A stretch of DNA of 64,000 nt. It comes from Octopus vulgaris (lineage: Eukaryota). How positions within the stretch are numbered: the stretch's first letter is position 1; every line of letters begins with the position of its first letter. Below the pieces are notes generated by a model, which worked only from the letters and a program-made list of their open reading frames with translations, did no database searches and was not told the DNA's origin. A program made the position numbers and the translations under genes. Below are positions 26,901 through 38,900 of this stretch, in pieces. The stretch covers positions 106,950,001-107,014,000 of the forward strand of contig OX597814.1 of NCBI GenBank assembly GCA_951406725.2, given 5' to 3'.

Positions 26901-29900
26901 ATATATGTATTGTCATTTAATGGCCATTTTCCATTGCTGGCATAGGTTGGGTGTGTTGACAGGAATGGCTAGTCAAAGGGCTGCACTAAGCTCCTGCACC
27001 AGTTTTGGCATGTTCTCTAGGGCAGTGTGCTCTTCATAATGCCAACCATCTTGGAGTGTGAGCTGGGTACTTTTTCTCCTGGCACCAACACTAATGAGGT
27101 TCCCCAGTAAGATGCAAGAAAGAAAAAAAAATTAGGTAAAGAAAAGCTTCATGGCTACATGTGGGTGAGGTGGGGGCAGGTGAAAAAAAATCAGGAAAGA
27201 GAAAAGCCCCATGACTGTGTGTGTGGGTTGGGATTGGTGAAAAATGTCAGGAAGGAGAAAGCTCCATGGCTATATGTGTGGGAGGTGTGGTGGGTGAAAA
27301 AAAATCAGGAAAGAGAAAAGTTCCATAGCTACATGTATGTGTGTTGGGGTGGGTGTTATGAAGCAGGAGGTGGCTTTATGCCAGGTGCTGTCAAGTTATG
27401 ATAAAGGGACAAGAACAAAGGGGAGATACAAGGCTATCCCCAGCACATTATAAAGATTTGTAGTTGTGATTGGGAAGGGGATGAGGTGGGGGTGAGACAG
27501 GAAGGGTGGGTAATATAAGAATGTGAGGGATGGGTGACAGATGGTTGGATGGAGGTGGATAGGTGGGGGAGGGGTTTGGGATAAAGTGGCGAGGGGGTGA
27601 GCTGTGGCTCAGGAAGGAGGATAAATCAGAAGGTAGGGAGGAAGTTGATATGAGGGTGGAGATAGTAGCTGGTGGGTGGAGGTGATAAGATTGGGGTGTG
27701 GTTGAGGGAAGAGCTATCTAGGGACACAGAAAGGTGTTTGGTGAGAATGCAGGAGGAGGAGGTGACTAGTGGTGTAAAGAATGTGGGTGGAGTGATGTTG
27801 ATGGTGATTTTCATCATCATTGTCGTTTAATGTCTGCTTTCCATGCTGGCATGGGTTGGACAGTTTGACTGAGGACTGACAAGCCAGGAGGCCACACCAG
27901 GCTCCTGTCCTGATCTGGCAAGGTTTCTACAGCTGGATGCCCTTCCTAATGTCAACCTTTCCTAGAGTGTAGTGGGTGTTTTTTACGTGCCACCAGCACG
28001 AGGGCCAGTCATGTGGTACTGGTATCGGCCACACTTGAATGGTGCTTTTTACGTGCCACCAGTACAGGAGCCACTCAGGCAGCACTGGCAATGACCACAC
28101 TTGAATAGTGCATTTTACGTGCCACTGGCTGATTTTTGTCTTTTGGTGTGTATCAATTCTAAGTGATGTTTGAATCAGTATTGGACAAACCTCTTAGTGG
28201 TTTGATCTGTTATAAACAGCAGCCAAATCTTCGAATCTGACTTAGAGGTGGAGTGGAAGCACTCAACAACAACAGACTTAACAGAATTATTTCTCCTAAA
28301 CAGACATTTTTAATATATATTCTTTACAAATTTCCCTTTGTCCAGGCCTCATATGAAGACTCGGAGGATGCCAAACTGATAGCAAGCCGATATTTTTCTG
28401 AAAGCCAGACTTATATTTCTGTTACAACATCTACCAAGAACCCAATGGTAAGTGTTATTATCTTTTACTTTTTTTTCAGTCATTAGACTGCGGCCATGCT
28501 GGGGCACCACCTTGAAGAATACTTTTCAATCAAATGAAATGACCCCAAAACTTTTTTTTAAGCCTGGTACTTATTCTATCAGTCCATAGAATGGCAAAGT
28601 TGACCTTGGCAGAATTTGAACTCAGAGCGTGAAAATGGACGAAATACCTATTTCTTTACTACCCACAAGGAGCTAAACACAGAGGGGACAAACAAGGATA
28701 GATGAACGGATTAAGTCGATTACATTGGCCCCAGTGCATTACTGGTACTTATATAATTGACCTCAAAAGGATGAAAGGCAAAGTCGACCTCAGTGGAATT
28801 TGAACTCAGAACGTAATGGCAGACGAAATATGGCTACGCATTTCGCCCGGCATGCTAACGTTTCTGCCAACTCGACAAAATACTGTTAACCATTACACCT
28901 GCCATGCTAACAATTCTGCCAGCTCACAGTTTTTTGCATGATATACAATAATAGGAATACTCTGACAACAATTTGGAGTAGTTTGTTATGCTTGACTCTA
29001 GTTGAAAGTTTTGGTACTGTGCACTGCTTTTTAGTGTAAAACGAAGCATGTGTGTGTGTGTATGTGAGACCAACAAGCTAACCTATGTGTCATAGGCCTA
29101 AATCTGTATGGATGGAGGGCAGTAATAAAAGGCTGCCAGTTACACTCAGTAACAGGTTTTGTGGTAGGAAGATTTTGTCTCAAAGGAAAACTGCAGCATC
29201 TTATCTGCCATTGTGTGTATACATTTGATACACAGATGTTTTTTTTGTATATTTAAAACTGCTTCACTTGTGTAAAGTGGATGTGTGTGTCACACAACCA
29301 CAGACACACATTAAATTTGACTGCAATAGTTTTTGTTTCCACTTCTGTTGAGAGATGATGTCAAACATTAAATTCACCAAGAGGTTTTGGTTCTTTTTAT
29401 TTCTCTGCCAGTTAAATATAAAAATTTTGTTTTGCTTCTCTTTTAGGTCAATGAATTTATGGTGTTCCATGTGACAACATCTGCCTATGTTGAAAAAGTC
29501 TTTTACCAGGTGAGTTGGTGCCTAATAACTTTGTTCTTAAAATGGAGATTTAAGGGAATTGCATGTGTTGTTGTGGGTATGTGGATGGGTTATAGCACCA
29601 GGTATTGTGTAAGAGGATGTGTCTTGCAAGTTACTTGGTGAGCCTGTCAGTGCTGGTTCCACATGAAAATCTCTGCTTCTAGTGTCAGGCACTGGGGATG
29701 GTGCCACGTAAAAAGCATTTGGTGGCAGTACCACATTGGCACCATATATAAAAACACTGGTGCTGGTGCCACATAAAAAGTACTCACTAATCTCTGTAAA
29801 GTAGTTAGCATTAGGAAAGGCATCCAGCCATGGAAACCATGCCAAAATGGACAGTGGAGCCTGGTGTGACTCCTGGCTTGCCAACTCTTGTCAGACTGTC

Positions 29901-32900
29901 CAATTCAAGCCAGCATAGTAAACTGATGTTGAATAATGATGATGATGATGTATAAAGTATGTGCTGTTGTTTAGTGGCGATGATTGTCCAGAGTACGAAG
30001 GTGGGATGAAAAGTTCATAGGTTGACCATGATGCAATGGTTGAATTTGACCAGATGTGTTCTATGTTTCGATATATATTTTGTTATTGCCCTCAAGGGCA
30101 ATAACAAAATATAGAGGGGACAAACAAGGACAGACAAAGGGATTAAGCCGATTTCATCAACCCCAGTGCGAAATGGTACTTTATTTATCAACCCCGAAAG
30201 GATGAAAGGCAAAGTCGACCTTGGCGGAATTTGAACTCAGAACGTAACGGCTACGCATTTCGCCCGGCGTGCTAACGTTTCTGCCAGCTCGCTGCCCTGA
30301 TTCTGCCAGCTCACTGCCCTATGTTTCGATATAGTCTACCCTGCAGCCCATACAGTTCTTCCATTGGTGTTGCAATGCTTGGATTCCTGTGGTATAGAAT
30401 CTCGCATCCCGACCCTCAAAAAAGTCCTCAACAGCTGATATGACTTCATCATCGGTCTGATACTGCTTCCCAGCCAAGTGTTTTTTCATGTTGGGAAACA
30501 GAAAATAGTCAGATGGTGCCAAATCAGGAGAATATGGATGGTGATCAACCAGTTCAAAGCCACAGTCATGCACATAGCAGCCATTGCAACCACAGACTTG
30601 TGTGCAGAAGCTTTGTCCTGGTGAAACAGGACTCCATTAGTTATCTGATTAACGTTTAAACGTCTGTCATTCATCACCATGTGGTGAACACATCGCTGTT
30701 TTCTAGGTTGGTGGCTGTGGCAGGACGTCCAGACCAGGTCATCTTCAAGATTCTCCCTACCCCTCTTGAATTCAGCTGCCCAACTTTTACAAAGTTGATA
30801 AAGCTGGAACATCATCCCCTTATGTAGAAACCATGACAGCATGAATGGCCTTGGGAGTTGACCCCTTCTTCTGCAGATATTTGATAACACCACGGTGCCA
30901 AATTTTATCCATTTTCACAAAATGTCTCTAGTACCACTTTTTCAATGTGGGTTTATCTGGAACAAAAACCTGCAGGTTTTTGTTCCAGATAAACCCACAT
31001 TGCATCAGTACAGGTTGAATTTAATGCATGCCAAGTTTAATTACTGTATGATAACTCCTCCTTAGTCAGCCTATGAGCGTTTCAGCCCACCCTTGTATGT
31101 GTTGTAGTACTGTGTGGGGGGTGTTTTGTGAGTTTATTTTTCTTACTGTTTCTTACTGTTGTGTCACTTCAGATTGTTGCCAAAGGAAATATTCTCCTGG
31201 GAGATGAACTTGTGATGGGAACCAGTCGTCGAAAGACCTTCTCTGTCGCTCTGTCCAGAAGAATGGTACCCACAGCTCGTATTGTTGTGTACTTCATTCG
31301 TTCTGCTAATCAGGAGGTTGTCGTCGATGTCTTGAATTTCTTCATCAATGGAGCTGCCAATAATGAAGTAAGAACTTGGAGTTAACTTAAATTTGAACTC
31401 TTATTTCTTTATTGCCATCAAGGGGCTAAACATAGAGGAAACAAACAAGGACAGACAAAGGGATTAAGTTGATTATATCGACCCCTGTGCGTAACTGGTA
31501 CTTAATTTATCGACCCTGAAAGGATGAAAGGCAAAGTCAACCTCGGCAGAATTTGATTTCAGAATGTAACGGCAGACGAATACCGCTAGGCATTTTGCTC
31601 AGCGTGCTAACATTTCTGCCAGCTCGCTACCTTAATTAACTTAAAATTCAACTCTTTGCAAGATACTACTGCTAATAATATTAATAAAAATATCCTTTTT
31701 ACTAAAAGCGCAAAGCCTGAAATTTGGGGAAAGGGGCTGAGTAGATTACATTGACCCCATTGCTCAGCTGGTATTTATTTTATCAACCTTGAAAGGACGA
31801 AGGGCAAAAATGGAGCCCTGTGAAATTTAAACTCAGAATGTAGCAACGGGCGAAATACTGCTAAGAATTTCGTCCAGTGTGCAAACAATTTTATCAGCTC
31901 ATTGCCTTATAAATAATAATAATAATAATAATAACAATCCTTTCTACTAAAGGCACAAGGCCTGAAATTTCAGTGAAGGGTACCAGTCGATTACATCAAC
32001 TCCAGTGTTTCACTGATATTTAATTTATTGACCCCAAATGAATGCAAGGCAAAGTTGTCCTCGGTGGAATTTGAACTTAGAACGTAGTGTCAGGTGAAAT
32101 ATTGCTAAGCATTTTTGCCCACCGTGCTAATGATTCAACCAGCTCGCCACAATAATAATAATAATAATCCTATCTATTATAGGCACAAGGTCTGGAATTT
32201 GTGGGGAGGGGCACAGTCGATTACATCGACCCCAGTGTTTCACAGGTACTTAATTTATCGACCCCAAAAGGATTATTAATAATAATAATAATGCTTTCTA
32301 CTATAGGTGCAAGGCCTGGGATTTGTGATGCCTGGTACAGCTCCCAGCCTTGCCAGCTCCTGTCAAACTGTCCAACCCATACCAGCATGGAAAATGGACA
32401 TCAAATAATGGTGAGGAGTCATGTAGCAGGGTTGATTTTGTTAATTAAACTCTTTATTCTAAATTGTATGGATTTGTTCCACTGCTGGGATTTGATTAGA
32501 AGAATCATGTCAAGGGAGACTCAAACTCATTAACTAACTGCACACCTTTTATTCTCTCAGGTACGAGCAACATTCAACCGTGGTAAAGATTTCACTCGAG
32601 ATACCATCGAGATCAATGCCTATGCAGACCCAGGTTCCTATGTGGCCTTTGCAGCTGTACCCTATGACCTGTACATCCGAGGTATGGGTGCTGGCATCAC
32701 ACAAAACAAGGTAAGGTTGCCAGCTATTTATATTTAGTCTCTCCTATTATGACCTTCTCCAAGAAATCGACACTAAAAACATGATGTGATGTGAATGCTT
32801 TGAGGGGTGAGGCGGCTTTGTATATAATTTATATAATTTCCTGTGCTGGTACCACATAAAAAAGCCCTCATACTGGTGACGCATAAGAAGCACCCGTGCT

Positions 32901-35900
32901 GATGTCACATAAAAAAGTGCTCAGGTATCGCATAAGAAGTACCCATGTGGGTGCTATGTAAAGAAAACACCAAGTGCACTCTGCAAAGTGGTTGGTATTA
33001 GGAAGGGTTTCCAGCCAAAGAAAAGCCATGTCAAAGCAGACAATGGCATCTGGTGCAGTTCTTCTCAAACCATGGAAAAACGAATGTTAGAAGAGGATGA
33101 GGATAATGAATTTACTCAGATGATGAAAGTGTTTATGATGTTTTCAGATCATTCTAGGCTGGTGTGTTTGATGTGGTTTATATTCAGAAGTCCATTTAGA
33201 CATTTGTATGTCCATGTTTGCAGGAAAAACATGGATGGGAAGGAATTCTCAAAGACTGCTGCTCTGGTGGGGGAGGACTGTTCAAAGTGTTTAATGCAGA
33301 ACATAGAAGTTAGACGAGGTAAGCGTATGAGATGGAGCAGAGGAAATGGATGAAAGAGGAAGATGTTGGTGAGATCAGAAGAGGAAAGGCTACATTGACT
33401 AGTCCTTCTGATATAAAGATGGTAATGTGTCAATTTAAGTAGATTTAGCTGTTATTTCTAGTATGTAAAGTAACCTAATAAAGGTTTCCGTACCAGTTTG
33501 AATAAAAAAAAATTTTAACCCTTTTGTTACCATGTTTCTGGTGAAATTTACCGATTTCTTTAAATTAAGACGATAATGCAGCATTTTGTAAAATAACTTT
33601 ATTAATCTGCAGTTTTGGAATATAATTCAGTATGAAAATTTGTTGAGAGATTTTAGTTTAGGTAATTCTAAAGCAGGAAGTTTGCATCATGCATTCTGGG
33701 GCAGTTTCAGGTGAGTTGGTCTGAAAAGAGATGACTGATGGAATCTTAGACTTCTTTCTTTACCTTCCATGTTCTTCATTCACAAAGACATTCAACATAT
33801 TCAAATCCTCTTCTTTTATTTCTCAGATTTTACCAGAATATTCTGTAAATTTACTAGAATATTCTTGGATCATTCTTTAGCTTTCACGTGTTTCAGTCAT
33901 TGGATTGTGGCCATGCTGGGGCACTGCCTTGAATGGTTTGGTTGAGCAAATCAAGCCCAGTACTTTTTCACATTTCAAGCAAAGTATTTATTCTATCAGT
34001 CACTTTTGCTGAGCCAGTAAGTTATGGGGGCCATAAACAAACCATCATTGGTTGTCACATGGTGGTGTGGGACAAACACATGCACAGATACACGTGCATA
34101 TATATATATATATGCATATATAAATATATATATGCATATATAAATATATATATGCATATATAAATATATATGCATATATAAATATATATGCATATATAAA
34201 TATATATGCATATATAAATATATATGCATATATATATATATATATATATGCATATATATATATGCACACACACATACACACACACATATATATACACACA
34301 CGTACTCACACGACAGGCTTCTTTCAGTTTCTGTCTACCAAATCCATTTACAAGGCTTTCGTTGACCCGAGGAAATAGAAAACACTTGCCCCAGGTGTCA
34401 CGCTGTGGGATTGAACCTGGAACCATGTGGTTGGGCAGCAAACATCTTACCACACAGCCATGCCTGCACCTACGTAAAACATTTTTACATATTTTGACAC
34501 TTTCTGAGTAAATCTTGTTTTCTTAATGTTTTGTAGTTGATAGACGAGTTGTACACCTATGATGAACCTGCCAACAGCACTTACAGACATTTGTGGCGTG
34601 TCAGTGAAGCAGAATATAAATACGTGTTCTTTTCAGCCAATGGTTATGGTATGGATGCCGATTCTACTTTCTTGGTAGGTTTACAGTTTCCCTTGTTTGT
34701 CTTTTGGATTACGTTATGTTTACCTGTCATGTTGTTCATCTCCTGTTTAACTGTTGTTCATTTGTTCACATCTTAGTTATCTGTTGTTTACCAGTAAATA
34801 ACTGAAAACATGTGAACCGATGAACAACAGATTGTTTAGGAATTGTTTACATTGTGATGTAAAGGTGGCAAACTGGCAGAATCGTTAGCACGCTGGGCGA
34901 AATGCTTAGCGGTATTTCGTCTGCTGTTACGTTCTGAGTTCAAATTCCGCCGAGGTCGACTTTGCCTTTCATCCTTTCGGGGTCAATAAATTAAGTACCA
35001 GTTACGCACTGGGGTCGATGTAATCGACTTAATACCTTTGTTTGTCCTCTCTGTGTTTAGCCCCTTGTGGGTAGTAAAGAAATAGGTGTAAAGGTGTTAA
35101 ACTTGGATCTTTATTGATGAAGGTCCAATTGCTCAACTGACTCAGTAGTTCTAAAGTAGGGTCCACACGAGGATTCATGTGACCCACAGGGGTTCATATA
35201 AGATTTTATTAAGATTTATGTGCAATAAACTGGCTATACTTTTACAACACAAAATATTTTTTTAATACAATTCCTAATATTTAATTCTTAAAATATAATA
35301 GGGTTTTTTAAGCATTGAATAGCTTTAAGGATCCAGTAGAATAAAATGGGAATCAAAGGAGTTCATAGGTTAAAAAATGGTTGAGAAACATTGAGTTAAC
35401 TGAACCAACCATTCATTGGATCAGTGTGACTGTGGTTGAGTATTCCACAGACATGTGTATACCCATAACCTAATTATCATATGGAATTAGTGTAATGGTT
35501 TATGGCAAGTCCAGACCTTAGAATTACTCGTTCATTCCATCCCATGAGTCCACTCAGTATGTTTGAGTGAATTCAATGCTGAAGTAAAAGACACCAAAGA
35601 TGCCAAACCATGAAATCTTTGTTGTAATAACCAAATAAATTTTCCAGATTTTTAAAGTGAAGCATCAGTTGGCTGAAGAATCCATTTCAAGAAAGAAATG
35701 GAAACCATACTAAACCTTTTTTGAAGGTCTCTTTTACTCAAATCAGCAGCCCTGCAAAACACTCCCAAGGACCATGCTTTGGTGTTACGCTGGCTAAGTT
35801 AAGTCTTCTGAAGAACAAGAATCGTCACACTAATGGTCTTCCACTCAATCTCTGTTATTAGTTTTGCATCCTTAGCGTCTTCATATGAAGCCTTGACAAA

Positions 35901-38900
35901 AAGAAATTTTAAAGAATATATATAGCGGCTGTCATTGGCTGTTCAAGAGCATGTTATTAAATGGAAAAACAGTATAAATCACCATAAGACATCTTTGTGT
36001 ATAAACATATTGTTTATTTTGTACTTTCACCTTTTGCAGTGGAAGCATGGAGTATGATACAAAAACATGTGTGATTGCATACAAGAAATGTTGTGATTTT
36101 TGTTTTTGTACTGAAAGAAGTGACATATAATACTTGTATTACAGTATGTATATATGTGTGTAATAATGAGAACAGTCATTTTGAGAATGTGTGCATGTGT
36201 GATAAAATATCTTCAGTTACAAACCATATATCTTGTACAGTTCTATATTTAAGAGATGAGGAATTATGTACATTATTTACGTTTGACAGATATTTGCCAT
36301 ATGCCTGTTGGCATATGGCATAGTGGTTAAGAGCTTGAGCTACTAACCCCAAGATTCTGAGTTTGATTCCAAGCAGTGACCTGAATTGTCGAAAAATACA
36401 TTGGGAATGAGAACTCTGGTCTGAAATTTCCCCAAGACACCTGATGAAGGTTGAAGGGTATATCAGCCAAAATGTTGTGTTAACAAGAAGAGGACAAATA
36501 TCCGTCTAATGTAAATAATGCATATATCTTGTGTTGAGGTGAATAGACATGTGAGTAACACATGTGGAAGATTGCATGTGGAGCTGCAGTGAAGACATGC
36601 ATGTTTGACCAAGGCCTGGTAGGAACTGAGATCGCTTCTACTGTGTAGCTGAGAACAAGGCTACTCAACATATTCATTTGCTGTGTGGGTCGACTGTTGC
36701 GCCTCTGGTCACATATTACTATGCATGAGTTATGTAACTCTGCTACATATATATTAAAAATGTCTGTATGTTTAGGAGAAATAAATTGGTTAAGTTTGTT
36801 GTTTAATGCTCCCACTCCACCTCTAAGTCAGATTTAAAGATTTGGCTGCTGTTTATAACAGATCAAACCACCAAGAGGTTTGTCCAATACTGATTCAAAC
36901 ATCGCTTAAAATTGCTACACACCAAAAGACAAAAAGCAGTGGAATTTTATTTTATGAAGATCATCATCACTGAAGCTGATCCATTCAAAAGGCTTTTGTC
37001 AGCTCTAAGATAAGAGACACTTGTTAAAGGTGCCATGCTGTAGGATTCATCCAGGAATCCAGGAAACTAAGTCATTTAGGATTTTCTTAAGCACTCAGCC
37101 ATGTTTCAAGTAATATGGAACTTTGGTTTGGTGAGTTCTTCAAGAAATGGTATTGAGTTCTATGCAGAAATATTATGTATTCTGTACAAAATAAAAGTAA
37201 TGATAATTCTAAGTTTGGAACTAAGCAGCATAATTACAAGACCTCGTTAAATCGTTCTCCGCTATATGGTTAATTAGTGGCCTAATTAGGTTATGGTTTC
37301 GCATTCACAATCACCAGATCATGGGTTCTGTTCTTAGACTGGCTGTGCATTGTGTTCTTGAGCAAGACACTTGATTTCATATTGTTCCAGTTCACTCAGC
37401 TGTAAATGATTAACCTTGCAATGGACTGGCTTCCCATCCAGGGGGAATGCTGGCCTACTCGCCCTTCCAGTAGGGTGGCATCATTTGAAAGCTAAAAGAC
37501 AATGCAAAGTGCATTGTGACCAGCAGTGTATAACATCTGTTAGCTTAGTCAATCACATGATACAGTTAATTAGGTCCTTAACATAGTTAATTAATCACTG
37601 ATGCATGACATCTGCCAAACTTCCTCTACTCAATCTAGCTTATCTACCAAATTCTTTGTGTATTCTTATATTCTTAATATAATCATTGCTTCCAGCTTTG
37701 CAGCTTCTAAACACAACTTTTGCTATGAATGTCTTCTCTCTCGGTTTCTCTTGGCTTCTAACCACTTTTATAAAACTAATTACCTTTTAGAGAAATCTGA
37801 CATTTCTACAATCCAATTTGAGAAGGAAATGATTTTCTTAATTCAAGTTCTTCCTCACTTATTTATCTTTGCAGCGAGCTGGTCTTTTAATCCTAACCGA
37901 TGCCAACATCACTCAAAAGTTCAGTGAGTAAATTTCTTGTATGACTTGTTTAAATTAACCTGTATGTTAGTTAATGTTCTTAATTACATAGAGGGTGGGG
38001 GAGATGATTATAATCAGCAATAATAACGAGCTGACTCTGTACAGTGATTTGGTGCACTATAACTAATTGGAAAGGGTTAAAAGTGGGGACAAAAAGCAGA
38101 CATAGAAGTCAGGTAAGCGACATTTTGAGAGCAATGAAAAGTTGGAAGTAAATACAAAAGGAGAAGGGGTGGATTGGCAAATTCCAAGAACCATGGAATT
38201 TCTTAACAATAGAATGTCCTGACAGATTAAGGAAACATTTCCAAAAGCCATGTGTGCTGCACTGTTTATTTTCTTTTTTTTATTTATAAATTTTATAAGT
38301 GTGTCTATGTTATCATCATCATCATCGTTTAATGTCCGCTTTCCATGCTAGCATGGGTTGGCCGATATCACTGAAGATTGGCAAACCAGATGGGTGCACC
38401 AGACTCCAATCTTGATCTGGCAGAATTTCTACAACTGGATGCCCTTCCTAACGCCAACCACTCCGAGAGTGTAGTGGGTGCTTTTTATGTGCCACCGGCA
38501 CAGGGGCTAGTCAGGCAGTACTGGCAATGACCTCGCTCAAATCTTTTTACACATGCCACCAGCACAGGTGCCAGTAAGGCGACGTTGGTAACGATCACAC
38601 ACGAATGGTGCCCTTTTAACGTGCCACTGGTACAGAAGCCAGTTGGCTGCTCTGGCAACGATCACGCTCGGATGGTGCTCTTGGCACCCTACTAGCACGG
38701 GCACAAGTACTAGTAAGGTGACGCTGGTAACGATCACACTCGAATGGTGCCTTTTATCTGTCACTTTCATGGAAGCCGGTTAGCCACTCTGTCATCGATC
38801 ACACTCGTATGGTGCTCTTTGCACCCCGCTAGCATGGATGCCAGTCATCGAATTTGATTTTGATTTCATCATTATTTAATGGCTTGAATTAAAAAAGGTG

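Larger units (their letters stand above)
35921..36747. mobile_element. Solo-LTR-like element (copy 2)
   Basis: Termini tatagcggctg ... ctctgctaca; 4-bp TSD tata; body homologous to 21860-22380 and 24004-24033. Confidence 0.7.
35853..36935 (-). pseudogene. Inverted partial duplicate of the intron 11 3' end plus the first 39 nt of exon 12 (pseudo-exon), split by an insertion
   Basis: Reverse complement of 36748-36935 joined to 35853-35920 aligns with 28133-28384. The exon part reads [13 protein letters not shown] versus [13 protein letters not shown] (32/39 nt identical), with the acceptor AG kept. Confidence 0.88.

Noticed and set aside
30319-30893. Intact or domesticated mariner transposase (also 3635-4226)
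   Set aside because: Multiple frameshifts and large internal deletions.
33933-34511. Tyr/Ile/His/Cys-rich ORFs (also 10856-11220, 44351-44690, 57973-58618, 63307-63528)
   Set aside because: Microsatellite and minisatellite translations.
34862-34960. tRNA genes at SINE heads
   Set aside because: A/B boxes are present but I could not fold a complete cloverleaf, and they are always followed by SINE body.
35790-35891. Functional antisense or mutually exclusive exon 12 variant
   Set aside because: Wrong strand for the host gene; similarity ends after 39 nt; the frame hits a stop; the upstream intron part is disrupted by an insertion.
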